Below are positions 1 to 8,705 of a stretch of DNA of 25,515 nt, in pieces; position 1 is the first letter of the stretch, and each line of letters opens with the position of its first letter. This DNA comes from Armatimonadota bacterium (GTDB lineage Bacteria; Sysuimicrobiota; Sysuimicrobiia; Sysuimicrobiales; Humicultoraceae). Made by a program: the position numbers and the translations under genes. The stretch lies in contig JBBIOM010000029.1 of NCBI GenBank assembly GCA_037443365.1, forward strand, positions 1 through 25,515. Reading direction: 5' to 3'. Under the pieces are notes generated by a model. It did not search any database. It had not been told where the DNA came from and was given only the letters and a program-made list of their open reading frames with translations.

Positions 1-491
1 TCGTCGGCGATGCCGGCCAGGATGTTCGCGATGCGCTCGGCATCCACCCCAAGGCGCTCAAGAACGGAGCGGGCGATGGGCAGCCCTTCGGGCCCGACGT
101 CGTGCAGAACCGCTGCCGCGCGCACGACCAGGGGGTCGCCGCCCTCGGCGACCAGTATCTGCTCGGCGTAGTCAAGCACCGCCAGGGCATGGCGCACCCG
201 GCTCTGGTCGTCACCGAAGACGGCCCGCATCTCGCGGATGAGGGCGTCTACAAGCGCCTCCCCCGCGTCGCCGACCGGCTGCCCCAGGCACCTGTCGGCG
301 AACTGGCACCACTGGGCGCAGCCGAGGTCAAATCGCGGGTTCGACACAACCCGACCGCAGGAGTGGCAGCGGCGGCGCAGGTCGTCCTTCCAGAACTCAA
401 GGGGCTCGCCGCAGCAGGAGCACGGCAACTCGAAGACGTCGCTCGCCTTCCAGAACCGCCTGTCCTGGCCCGGACACTGGCTCATGGCCAT
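1..491 (-). CDS. HD-domain phosphohydrolase with N-terminal Cys-rich (Zn-ribbon/Fe-S-like) domain; 3' end runs off the window
   Basis: Not in the ORF track; translated by hand from ATG 491 (SD GGGAGG at 503-498): MAMSQCPGQDRRFWKASDVFELPCSCCGEPLEFWKDDLRRRCHSCGRVVSNPRFDLGCAQWCQFADRC...RVRHALAVLDYA...AAVLHDVG. It has an H...HD motif and multiple CxxC motifs. Confidence 0.85.
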   Translation of the reverse strand, partial: MAMSQCPGQDRRFWKASDVFELPCSCCGEPLEFWKDDLRRRCHSCGRVVSNPRFDLGCAQWCQFADRCLGQPVGDAGEALVDALIREMRAVFGDDQSRVRHALAVLDYAEQILVAEGGDPLVVRAAAVLHDVGPEGLPIARSVLERLGVDAERIANILAGIAD

Positions 492-509
492 GGTACGCCT
501 CCCGGTGCG

Positions 510-552
510 ATCGTAGGGCAGGGAAGCGCGAAGGGGCATTGACGGAAGTCAA
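510..552 (-). promoter_or_regulatory. FNR/CRP-family box TTGAC-N4-GTCAA (539-552) with downstream -10 TACGAT (515-510); class II activator geometry
   Basis: Perfect inverted repeat TTGACggaaGTCAA. Its centre (545.5) is about 42 nt upstream of the start predicted from the -10 hexamer (about 503). Confidence 0.6.
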
Positions 553-666
553 GAACGAAGGTTGTTCCCGCTTCCCGTCGTAGTAGATAAGGCGAGGGCT
601 CCAGGCGAAGCGTGATTCATACGCTCGTCCCATAGACCGCTTGCATCACCCGGAGGTGTGCCGTAG

Positions 667-1452
667 ATGTTCACCAACCCGCTCAAGTCGCGCCTGGCGC
701 AGGGCCTGCCCGCCGTGGGCCACTGGATCAGCATCCCGTCGCCGTCGGTCGTTGAGCTGCTGGCTGCATTCGAGATGGACTGGCTGCTGCTGGATATGGA
801 GCATGGCCCGGCCAACACCGAGACAGTAGAAGACCTGCTGCGGGCCATGAAGGGCACGAGCGTCACCCCGCTTGTGCGCGTGGTCGCCAACGATCCGGGG
901 GTCATCAAGCAGGCGCTGGACCGCGGGGCCTACGGGGTGATCGTCCCGCTGGTCAACACGCCCGAGCAGGCGCAGGCGGCCGTGGCCGCGGCCAAGTATC
1001 CGCCGGATGGGATACGCGGGGTAGCGGGCAGCCGGGTCAACCGCTTCGGCGCTGATCTGGCGGACTACTTCGCCCGGTGGAACAGCCAGGTTGTCGTGAT
1101 CTGCCAGGTGGAAACGACCGAGGCGCTGGCAAACGTGGACGAGATCGCCGCGACCCCGGGCGTGGACGTGCTCTTCGTCGGACCCAACGATCTATCCGCG
1201 AATCTCGGCTGCTTCCGCCAGTTCGACAATCCCGAGTTCAAGGCGGCTATCGAGCGCATCCTGGTGGCGGCGCGGCGGCACGGGATCGCGGCGGGCTACA
1301 TGGCGTCGAACGCCGAGGAAACCCTGGAACGCCTGGCCCAGGGCTTCCGGTTCGTGGCGGCCGGGAGCGACACGCGGCTGCTGTCCGGCGCGGCCGCGGC
1401 TACCTACGCGAAGATCAGGGCAGGGCTGGCTGAAAAGGCGAAGGCGCGCTAG
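667..1452 (+). CDS. HpcH/HpaI family class II pyruvate aldolase (GarL/RhmA-like)
   Basis: Motifs DWLLLDMEHGP, LVRV, LDRGAYG, YPPDGIRG, QVET, FVGPNDLS; SD GGAGG upstream. Confidence 0.92.
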   Translation: MFTNPLKSRLAQGLPAVGHWISIPSPSVVELLAAFEMDWLLLDMEHGPANTETVEDLLRAMKGTSVTPLVRVVANDPGVIKQALDRGAYGVIVPLVNTPEQAQAAVAAAKYPPDGIRGVAGSRVNRFGADLADYFARWNSQVVVICQVETTEALANVDEIAATPGVDVLFVGPNDLSANLGCFRQFDNPEFKAAIERILVAARRHGIAAGYMASNAEETLERLAQGFRFVAAGSDTRLLSGAAAATYAKIRAGLAEKAKAR

Positions 1453-2669
1453 ACGATCGTCTCTCCAGGCCGCTCCGGATCCACCAGCGGCAGGCTGGCG
1501 GGCACCAGGTCGGTGTACTTCATCCCGGCGCCGGTCAGCAGAAGCAGCACGCGATCCCGCGGCACCACGGCGCGGCTGTCGATCAGTTTCGGCAGCGCGG
1601 CCAGGGTGGCCGCGGCTTCGGGCGCGGCGAAGACTCCCTCGGCCGAGGCCAGCTCGCGCATGGCAGAGATCATCTCCGCGTCGGTGACCGCGAGCGCGAC
1701 ACCGCCACTGGAGCGCACCGCCTGCAGTATCAGGTAGTCCCCGATCGCAACCGGCACGCGCAGCCCTGAGGCGACCGTCTGCGCGTTCTCGAAGGGCTCG
1801 GCTTTGTCCTTGCCTTCCAGGTAGGCGCGCACGATCGGCGCGCAGCCCGAGGCCTGCACCGCGACCATGCGCGGCCGGCGCTCGTTGATCCAGCCGAGCA
1901 TCTCCATCTCCTCGAGCGCCTTCCAAATGCCCACCAGACCGGTGCCTCCGCCGGCCGGGTAGACGATGACGTCCGGGAGATCCCAGTTCATGGCCTCGGC
2001 GATCTCGTAGCCCATGGTCTTCTTGCCCTCGACCCGGTACGGCTCCCGCAGGGTGGACACATCGAACCATCCCCGCTCGGGCGCCAGGGCGCGGAGCACG
2101 CGTCCGGCGTCGTTGATCAGCCCCCTGATGGCGTAGGCGCGGGCGCCGTAGGCGATGCACTCGGCCTGGTTGATCGCCGGGGTGTCCTGCGGCATAACGG
2201 TGTAGGCGTCCAGACCCCCGCGCGCCGCGTACGCGGCCAGCGCCGATCCGGCGTTCCCGGCCGTGGGTATCGAGACCGCGCGCACGCCCAGCTCGCGCGC
2301 CCGCGAGACCGCGGCACAGAGGCCGCGCGCCTTGAAGGTCCCTGTTGGGTTCTTGCCTTCGTCCTTGAGGAGCAGCGTCCTGAGCCCGTAGCGCCGGGCC
2401 AGGCGCGGTGCATCGAGCAGCGGGGTCATTCCCTCGCCCAGGCTCAGCACGTTGGCGGGATCGCGGACCGGCAGCACCTCGTGGTAGCGCCACATGTCTG
2501 TCCGCCGCCCGCGCAGCGCCTCGCGCGAAAGCGTCGCGGCGGCGGACTCCAGGTCGTACCGGGCGTAGAGCACCTTGCCGCACTGCGGGCAGACGCCCAG
2601 GAGTTGATCGGCATCGAACCTCTGGCCGCAGGCTGTGCACTCGAGGTGCGCAAGCGAACTGAACGTCAC
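1449..2669 (-). CDS. Threonine synthase-like fold-type II PLP enzyme with N-terminal Zn ribbon
   Basis: CxxC...CxxC N-terminus, [24 protein letters not shown] (PLP Lys), [30 protein letters not shown] start with SD GAGGAG. Confidence 0.88.
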   Translation of the reverse strand: MTFSSLAHLECTACGQRFDADQLLGVCPQCGKVLYARYDLESAAATLSREALRGRRTDMWRYHEVLPVRDPANVLSLGEGMTPLLDAPRLARRYGLRTLLLKDEGKNPTGTFKARGLCAAVSRARELGVRAVSIPTAGNAGSALAAYAARGGLDAYTVMPQDTPAINQAECIAYGARAYAIRGLINDAGRVLRALAPERGWFDVSTLREPYRVEGKKTMGYEIAEAMNWDLPDVIVYPAGGGTGLVGIWKALEEMEMLGWINERRPRMVAVQASGCAPIVRAYLEGKDKAEPFENAQTVASGLRVPVAIGDYLILQAVRSSGGVALAVTDAEMISAMRELASAEGVFAAPEAAATLAALPKLIDSRAVVPRDRVLLLLTGAGMKYTDLVPASLPLVDPERPGETIV

Positions 2670-2691
2670 AGGCGACTCCTCCCCCTCTGCG

Positions 2692-3882
2692 CTACCCCAC
2701 CACGTCGCGGAACACCCGCAGGAAGTTCAGCCCGAGCAGCTTGCGCAGCTCGGCCTCGTCGAATCCCCGCTCCGCCAGCTTCACCGTGATGTTGGGCCAG
2801 TCGCCGAAGTCCCGAAATCCGACAATGCGGTAGCCCGGCGTCAGGCGGTGCTCCTCGTCCCGGAAGCCGCCCCAGTCAAAGGAGTTGGCGCGCCGCTTGG
2901 GCATGGAGGCCGGGTACTCGATCAGCGATTCGGTCCCTGGTCCCGGGCCGGCCTTGTCGGTGCCGACCCCAACGTGGTCTATCCCGCAGACGTCCACCAG
3001 GTGTTCTATGTGGTCGGCGAAGGCGTCCAGCGTCGGCTCCTTCTCGGACGATATGAACCCGGGGATGACCACGACCCCGAAGAACCCGCCCGCGTTGGCC
3101 ACGGAGCGGGCCAGATCATCGGACTTGCCGCGGTCGTGGTGGCAGACGGCCTTGCTGGCGGAGTGCGATATGACGATCGGCGCCTTCGAGATCTTCAACG
3201 CGTCCCAACCCACCTGCTCGCTGCAGTGGCTGACGTCCACGAGTGTCCTGCTCTCGTTCAGGCGGGCGACCACCTCGCGCCCGAAGTACGACAGCCCGCC
3301 CTGGTGGGCCTCGGTGCACCCGTCGCCCACGAGGTTGCGCAGGTTGTAGGTCAACTGCACCATGCGAACGCCCAGGTTGTAGAAGTGCTCGATCCGGCTC
3401 AGGTCGTCGCCGTAGGGCGTGGTGTTCTGGAAGTCGAAGATCACGCCGCGCTTCCCTTCGCGGTAGGCGCGTTCGACGTCGGCGGCGCGGAGCACCGGCA
3501 TCAATTCGCCGCCCAGGGCTTCCATGTAGCCATAGGCCTGCGCTATGCGCCTGCTTGCCAGCTCGAACGCCTCGCTCATCCGGGCGGTCCCGGAGTACGT
3601 GCCGCAGGCCACGGTGACCCCGGACCGCCGCCAGAGGTCCATGTACTGCCTGCGGGCTTCTTCAGAGGTTCTGATTTCACGCGCCGCCATGTCCACAAGC
3701 GGCGGCGCGGCCTCCTCGCGCGACAGGCCCTGGCGGGCGGACTGCTCGAGCGCCGCCTTCATCTTCTCGGTGAACAGGAACCCGGTCGTGACCGGCGGCT
3801 GCTGCGTGTCTATCACCAGCGCGCCCTCGTGGAGCTGCCGGGCTTCCTCTGGGGTAAGGGTGGGCTTCCTGCGCCGTGTCAT
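2692..3882 (-). CDS. Membrane (renal) dipeptidase family M19 amidohydrolase, atypical metal ligands
   Basis: GVRMVQLTYN, GGLSYFGREVV, VDVSH, ISHS, HDRGKSD, GIDHVGVGTD, LGLNFLRVF; SD GGAGG. Confidence 0.88.
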   Translation of the reverse strand: MTRRRKPTLTPEEARQLHEGALVIDTQQPPVTTGFLFTEKMKAALEQSARQGLSREEAAPPLVDMAAREIRTSEEARRQYMDLWRRSGVTVACGTYSGTARMSEAFELASRRIAQAYGYMEALGGELMPVLRAADVERAYREGKRGVIFDFQNTTPYGDDLSRIEHFYNLGVRMVQLTYNLRNLVGDGCTEAHQGGLSYFGREVVARLNESRTLVDVSHCSEQVGWDALKISKAPIVISHSASKAVCHHDRGKSDDLARSVANAGGFFGVVVIPGFISSEKEPTLDAFADHIEHLVDVCGIDHVGVGTDKAGPGPGTESLIEYPASMPKRRANSFDWGGFRDEEHRLTPGYRIVGFRDFGDWPNITVKLAERGFDEAELRKLLGLNFLRVFRDVVG

Positions 3883-3904
3883 CTGAGCCTCCTTCGCGAT
3901 GCGA

Positions 3905-5149
3905 TCAGGATTTCAAGTCGAATGCTTCCGTTGCCAGGTCCGCGATGTGCCGTCCTATTGCCAGCGCGGCCGTGGCCGCCGGCGAGGGCGCGTTCAGCAC
4001 GTGGATGGCGCGCCGCGATCTGATCATGTGGAAGTCGTCCAGGAGCAGCCCCGCCCGGGTCAGCGCCTGCGCGCGCACGCCGGCGCCGTGCCGCACCACG
4101 TCGCCGGGACTGATCTCGGGCACGAGCCGCTGGAGCGCCCAGACGAATGCCCTGGTGCTCAGCGACCGCCAGACCTCGTGGAGGCCGGTGCGCCAGTGAC
4201 GTCCTGCCATCCGCCAGAATCCTGGATAGGCCAGGGTTTCCAGCATCTCGCCCGGGTGCACCCGCCACCGCGTGTACCCTTCACGGGCGTACGCGAAGAC
4301 CGCGTTGGGGCCGGCCTCGACCTCGCCGTGCACGGTGCGCGTCAGGTGGACACCGAGGAATGGGAACGCCGGATCAGGGGTCGGGTAGATCAGGCCGCGC
4401 ACCAGGTGTCGGCGCTCGGGCCTTATCATGCAGTACTCGCCCCGAAACGGCACGATGCGCACCTCGGGCCTCTCCCCGGCCATGCGCGCGACCCTATCCG
4501 AGTAGAGGCCGGCGCAGTTCACCATGGCGGCTGCGCGTACCTCGCCGCGCGTTGTGCGCAGTCGGAGGCCGCGGGGCTCTTCGGTGACCGCGACGACGCG
4601 CGCGCCCGTCGCAATCTCGACTCCGCGGCGCCGGGCCTCGGACGCGATGGCAAGGGACACCTCGCGGAAATCCACGATCGCGGTGACGGGCGAGTGGATG
4701 GCGCGCAATCCCGCTGCGTGCGGTTCGATCTCCCTGATCTCCTCGGGGCCTATCATGCGCAGGCCGGCCACGCCGTTGGCCGTGCCGCGCTCGAACAGAT
4801 CGTCGAGGCGCGCAAGCTCGCGCTCACTGGTGGCGAGGATGACCTTGCCGCAGGTCTCGTAAGGCACGGCGTGCTCGTCGCAGAATGCCTTGAGCATACG
4901 GTGCCCCAGGACGCAGAGACGCGCCTTGTAGGAGCCGGGCTTGTAGTAAATGCCCGAGTGGATCACGCCGCTGTTGTGCCCGGTCTGGTGGGTGGCCAGA
5001 TCGTGCTCCTTCTCGAGCACGATCAGGCGCGCCCGCGCACGGCGGGACGCCAGCGCCAGCGTCGTGGCGAGCCCAACGATGCCGCCGCCGACTACCGCCA
5101 CGTCGTAATGAGCAGCCTCAACGTCTGGGGGGGTGCCGACAGGCATCAT
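3905..5149 (-). CDS. lhgO: L-2-hydroxyglutarate oxidase/dehydrogenase (FAD)
   Basis: VVGGGIVG FAD motif, HQTGHNSGVIHSGIYY, PFRGEY, FPFLGVH, AGVRAQA, NAPSPAAT. Start is 5149 or 5146 (uncertain). Confidence 0.92.
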   Translation of the reverse strand: MMPVGTPPDVEAAHYDVAVVGGGIVGLATTLALASRRARARLIVLEKEHDLATHQTGHNSGVIHSGIYYKPGSYKARLCVLGHRMLKAFCDEHAVPYETCGKVILATSERELARLDDLFERGTANGVAGLRMIGPEEIREIEPHAAGLRAIHSPVTAIVDFREVSLAIASEARRRGVEIATGARVVAVTEEPRGLRLRTTRGEVRAAAMVNCAGLYSDRVARMAGERPEVRIVPFRGEYCMIRPERRHLVRGLIYPTPDPAFPFLGVHLTRTVHGEVEAGPNAVFAYAREGYTRWRVHPGEMLETLAYPGFWRMAGRHWRTGLHEVWRSLSTRAFVWALQRLVPEISPGDVVRHGAGVRAQALTRAGLLLDDFHMIRSRRAIHVLNAPSPAATAALAIGRHIADLATEAFDLKS

Positions 5150-5166
5150 AGGGCTCGACTCGAATC

Positions 5167-5190
5167 TTCTCCGCGGGGAGTTGGCGCCCT
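5167..5190 (-). promoter_or_regulatory. SigH-like promoter motif AGG-N18-GAA upstream of lhgO
   Basis: Minus strand GCAGGgcgccaactccccgcggaGAAG. Confidence 0.45.
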
Positions 5191-5234
5191 GCAAGCCGGC
5201 CTGGTTTGATACAAAGACATGGGAGGGCAGGAAG

Positions 5235-5711
5235 ATGACGCTTCGGGAGTTTCTCCTCGATCACCTTGTCCATACCTTCGAGAAGGAGGCCTGGCAGCCG
5301 CCGCTCGCCGATGCGATCGCGGGGCTGAACGCGGCGCAGGCCGCGTGGAAACCGGCGGAGGAACGGCACTCGATCTGGCAGATCGTGCGCCACGTCACGC
5401 TCTGGAAGCAGGCGGTGCTCGATGCCTTGGACGGGCGCGCGCCCGACTACAAGGCGCTCGAGCGGGCCGACTGGCACGCGGCGGCAGGCGATGAGGCGGC
5501 ATGGGAGCGTGACGTGGCGGCGCTGCACGCCGCCTCGCGGGCGCTGCGGGAACGGGTGGAGGCGTCGGACGACGCCGCGCTCTCAACAACCGCGGAGACC
5601 TACGAGGGCGTGCCGGGGCAGGCCACCGCGATCCGGCTGGCCAGAATGGCGACGCATGACGTCTACCACTCCGGCCAGATCCGGTGCCTGCGGTCCCTGC
5701 AGGGGGTCTAG
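5235..5711 (+). CDS. DinB/YfiT family protein
   Basis: ATG 5235 after GGGAGG; HSIWQIVRH and HDVYHSGQI provide the three-His metal triad. Confidence 0.88.
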   Translation: MTLREFLLDHLVHTFEKEAWQPPLADAIAGLNAAQAAWKPAEERHSIWQIVRHVTLWKQAVLDALDGRAPDYKALERADWHAAAGDEAAWERDVAALHAASRALRERVEASDDAALSTTAETYEGVPGQATAIRLARMATHDVYHSGQIRCLRSLQGV

Positions 5712-5729
5712 CCGAGGGCTAGACGGGTT

Positions 5730-6221
5730 CTACTTGGCGCTCTTGCGGGCCAGGTAGTCCTCGACCTGGAGCAGGCCTGCTTCGCCCGCCAGCCGGACTA
5801 TGCCCAGCAGCGCCTCCATGCTGGAGACTTCCTCGAGCTGCTCCTCGACGAACCACTGCATCGCGTTACGGGTCGTGTGGTCGTTCTCCTTGATCGCCAG
5901 GTCCACTATGGCGTGGATCTGCTTGGTGACCGTGTTCTCCCAGTCCACCGAGAGATTCAGGCACTCCTCGGCGCTCTGGAACTTGCCCTTGGGAGCCGGG
6001 ATGGCGGGGATCGCCACCTTGCCGCCGGCGTCCAGCACGTAGCGCAGGATGCGCATGCCGTGCTCGCGCTCCTCATCCGCCTGGCGGTAGAAGTGCTTCG
6101 CCAGTTCGCGCAGGCCCTGTGAATCGAAGTGTACGGCGATGGCCACATACTGCAGCGATGCCGCGAACTCATGCCCGATCTGCTCGTTGAGAACGCCGTT
6201 CATCTTGTCGCTGAAGAACAT
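5730..6221 (-). CDS. Non-heme ferritin (FtnA/BfrB type)
   Basis: Ferroxidase-centre motifs HEFAASLQY, DEEREH, WENTVT, WFVEEQLEE; SD GAGGAGG. Confidence 0.95.
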   Translation of the reverse strand: MFFSDKMNGVLNEQIGHEFAASLQYVAIAVHFDSQGLRELAKHFYRQADEEREHGMRILRYVLDAGGKVAIPAIPAPKGKFQSAEECLNLSVDWENTVTKQIHAIVDLAIKENDHTTRNAMQWFVEEQLEEVSSMEALLGIVRLAGEAGLLQVEDYLARKSAK

Positions 6222-6273
6222 TGCTGCCTCCTCGTGTCTGCCGCGACGGTGCGCGGCTCCGTTGCTTCTGGCT

Positions 6274-7470
6274 TCATTCGTCCGTTACAACGAAACCGGC
6301 AGGGACCTTCTTCCCCGAGGAGGCACTTCCGCGGACAAGCGCGAACGCGGCGCCCATCGCCGGCAGGATCCCTGCCAGCGCGTACATCTGCCCCAGCCCG
6401 ATGGCGCGCCCGAGAAACCCTCCGCCTATCGCCCCGAGCCCGATGCCTATCTCGTGGAACACGCCCATCGTGCCCATGGCGCTCCCACGCTCGTTAGCCG
6501 GAACCAGGTCGGCGGCCAGCGCGTAGAGAGCGGGGTTGCCCAGGCCCAGGCCCAGCCCGGAGAGCATGGCACCCAGCATCAGCCATCCGCCGGAGAGCAG
6601 CGACGTCGCCCACATCCCGGCCGCGGAAAGGACCAGCGCCGGCCAGATGACGGCCAGGCGTCCGAGGCGGTCGGAGAGGCGGCGGGCCAGCGTCTGCGCC
6701 AGGAAGACACCCAGGGCCTGCGCCACGAACACAAGGCCCGGGTTGGACAGGTCGCGGCGGCTAGCGTGCACGGCCAGCAGGGCGACGTTCGTTCCAAAGG
6801 TCACCGCGAGCGTGACGAGCAGCGATCCCGGCAGGAACACCGCCAGGTTGATCAGCTTGCCGCTGCGGTGCCCGGGCGGGTTGGCTGGGAGCGACCGCAG
6901 CGGGCACGCCAGCACCGCGCCCATCACGCCGGCCCCGATGCACGCCGCGAACAGGGCCGGATAGCCGGCGGCCTGCGCGATCGCCACCCCGGCGGGCGGG
7001 GCCAACCCCTGCCCGAACGTCGCGGCCAGCCCGAAGAGGCTCAGGGCCTCGCCGCGTCGCTGCGGGGGCGCCAGGTTCGCGGCAAGCGCCTGGCTCGCCG
7101 TGACAGAGAACGCCACCGCAAGCCCTGCGGCCGCGCGCAGGGCCAGCAGCGCGGCCACCGAGGGCGCCAACCAGTACCCCAGTGCGCAGAGCGCGTAGAT
7201 GACCGCCCCTACCGTGAGCGGCGCCACGCCGTTGCCGCGATCCACCCACCAGCCAACAAAGGGCCGGGTGAAGAGCGCCACGACCGCGACCATCCCGATC
7301 ATCAGCCCGAGCACGGCGTCATCGGCGCCGAGCCGCACCGCGTACAGGGGCAGGGCGGCCGTGAGAAGCTGGAATCCTGAGAACGTTATCAGGGATACAC
7401 CCCAGAGCAGGCCGAACGCGCGGTTGAAGATGCGCTCTGGACGGGGAGGCGCCGGGAGCCGGGAAGTCAA
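6274..7470 (-). CDS. MFS transporter
   Basis: About 12 hydrophobic segments; motif A variants GWWVDRG and RLSDRLGR, ERGSAMG. Likely TTG start at 7470 overlapping the upstream TGA (TTGA). Confidence 0.88.
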   Translation of the reverse strand: MTSRLPAPPRPERIFNRAFGLLWGVSLITFSGFQLLTAALPLYAVRLGADDAVLGLMIGMVAVVALFTRPFVGWWVDRGNGVAPLTVGAVIYALCALGYWLAPSVAALLALRAAAGLAVAFSVTASQALAANLAPPQRRGEALSLFGLAATFGQGLAPPAGVAIAQAAGYPALFAACIGAGVMGAVLACPLRSLPANPPGHRSGKLINLAVFLPGSLLVTLAVTFGTNVALLAVHASRRDLSNPGLVFVAQALGVFLAQTLARRLSDRLGRLAVIWPALVLSAAGMWATSLLSGGWLMLGAMLSGLGLGLGNPALYALAADLVPANERGSAMGTMGVFHEIGIGLGAIGGGFLGRAIGLGQMYALAGILPAMGAAFALVRGSASSGKKVPAGFVVTDE

Positions 7471-8615
7471 AGGAGGTACCTCCGGATCATGGCGCCCACA
7501 GCGGCGTCGCACGCGCGGAACCCGCTCTCGGGGCCGCAGTTGGTCGCGGCCAGGAAGCCGGCGTCACGCGCCGGCGCGAGCCAGATGACCGCATACCACA
7601 AAGTGTTGGTGCCGGTGTGCATGAGGGCGGTTCCCCCGGCCCAATCCCGCTCCACAACGACCCATCCCAACGCGTAGCCCTGCCGGAACTCGTCCCGGTG
7701 GAGGCGCCGGAAGCTTTCAGGACCGACGAGCAGACCCGGTGCGCCCTGCGCGCCGCGCAGGTGGAGCGCCGCATAGCGCGCCCAGTCACTCATCGAACAG
7801 TTGACCGTGCCGGCAGGTCCGATCACCGACGGGTTGTCGGCATCAGGACCCGGCGCGACAGGACTGCAGCCCGGGGGCGCATGCCCCCAGGGCGCCGCGC
7901 CTCCCGGAGCGCCGAAGCCGGCAGCCGGCATCCCCAGCGGGCCGAACAGCATCTGGCGCATGAGGTCTTCCCAGCTCTGCCCGGTCACCTTCTCGGCGAA
8001 AGCGCCGGCGATGGCGTAGCCGAGGTTCGAGTAGAGGAACTGCGAGCCGGGTGGGGCCGCCGGAGCGCGCGAAAGGACGATCTCTGCCAGCGCCCGCCGC
8101 TGCTCCTGAGTGGGACCGCCCAGGCCGCGGACCAGCGGCCAGATCGCCGGGTCCGGAGCGCGGTCGTCGGGCAGCCCGGACCGGTGGGAGAGAAGCTGGG
8201 TCACGGTGACGCGGTGATAAGCCGAGTGGATCCTGCCCAGCAGATCGGGGAAGATCTCCGCCACCGTCGTTTGCCACGACAGCTTCCCTTGTTCGACCAG
8301 CATGGCTACCAGCGTGGCCGTCATGGACTTGGTGCAAGACCCGATGTGAAACCGGTCGTGCGCCTCCACCCGGTCGGCGGTCCCTGCGCGGCGCACACCG
8401 ACCGCGCCCAGTGCGGCAAGGTCGCGCCCGCGCACGAAGGCGCCGGCCAGCGCGGGCATACCGTGCGCTGCGCGGATGGGCTCGAGCAGCCCGTCCAGGG
8501 ACCCAACAGCCGCCTGGGGATAGGCCGCCCGTTCCCAGATGGCTGCGGGGAAGAGCGCGGCGCCCGCGCCGAGAACTGCGATCTTGAGGAAGGCTCGCCT
8601 GTTGATGTGCGCCAT
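7467..8615 (-). CDS. Tat-exported serine hydrolase, beta-lactamase/AmpC-related family
   Basis: Twin-arginine signal NRRAFLK plus a hydrophobic stretch; SxxK (SCTK), LLSHRSGL, YSN, HTG motifs. The ORF-track extension to 9482 is not part of the gene. Confidence 0.9.
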   Translation of the reverse strand: MAHINRRAFLKIAVLGAGAALFPAAIWERAAYPQAAVGSLDGLLEPIRAAHGMPALAGAFVRGRDLAALGAVGVRRAGTADRVEAHDRFHIGSCTKSMTATLVAMLVEQGKLSWQTTVAEIFPDLLGRIHSAYHRVTVTQLLSHRSGLPDDRAPDPAIWPLVRGLGGPTQEQRRALAEIVLSRAPAAPPGSQFLYSNLGYAIAGAFAEKVTGQSWEDLMRQMLFGPLGMPAAGFGAPGGAAPWGHAPPGCSPVAPGPDADNPSVIGPAGTVNCSMSDWARYAALHLRGAQGAPGLLVGPESFRRLHRDEFRQGYALGWVVVERDWAGGTALMHTGTNTLWYAVIWLAPARDAGFLAATNCGPESGFRACDAAVGAMIRRYLL

Positions 8616-8616
8616 C

Positions 8617-8641
8617 TTCGCCGGAGGCCTGCCTGGCTCCT
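8617..8641 (-). promoter_or_regulatory. SigH-like motif AGG-N19-GAA upstream of the serine hydrolase
   Basis: Minus strand CAGGagccaggcaggcctccggcGAAG. It lies only 1 nt from ATG 8615, which is awkwardly close for a real promoter. Confidence 0.3.
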
Positions 8642-8669
8642 GGGGTGCGTTGCAGCCGCCAGGGCCGCG

Positions 8670-8694
8670 AGGGGAATCTGCCCTGGTACGAGAA
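8670..8694 (+). promoter_or_regulatory. SigH-like motif AGG-N19-GAA upstream of the EndoV homologue
   Basis: GAGGggaatctgccctggtacgaGAAA. Predicted start is about 8703, so the SD-less GTG 8706 would be near-leaderless. Confidence 0.45.
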
Positions 8695-8705
8695 ACGCCT
8701 TCGCT

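Noticed and set aside
102-542. Plus-strand 146-aa ORF
   Set aside because: It is the shadow of the minus-strand HD gene, which the ORF track missed because it is truncated by the window edge.
8684-8698. Sigma54-like GG-N10-GC (TGGTACG..ACGC)
   Set aside because: It lacks TTGC, and the implied start would fall inside the CDS.
7617-8705. N-terminal extension of the 594-aa ORF ending in EndoV
   Set aside because: It is antisense to the serine hydrolase; EndoV similarity starts only at about 8706.
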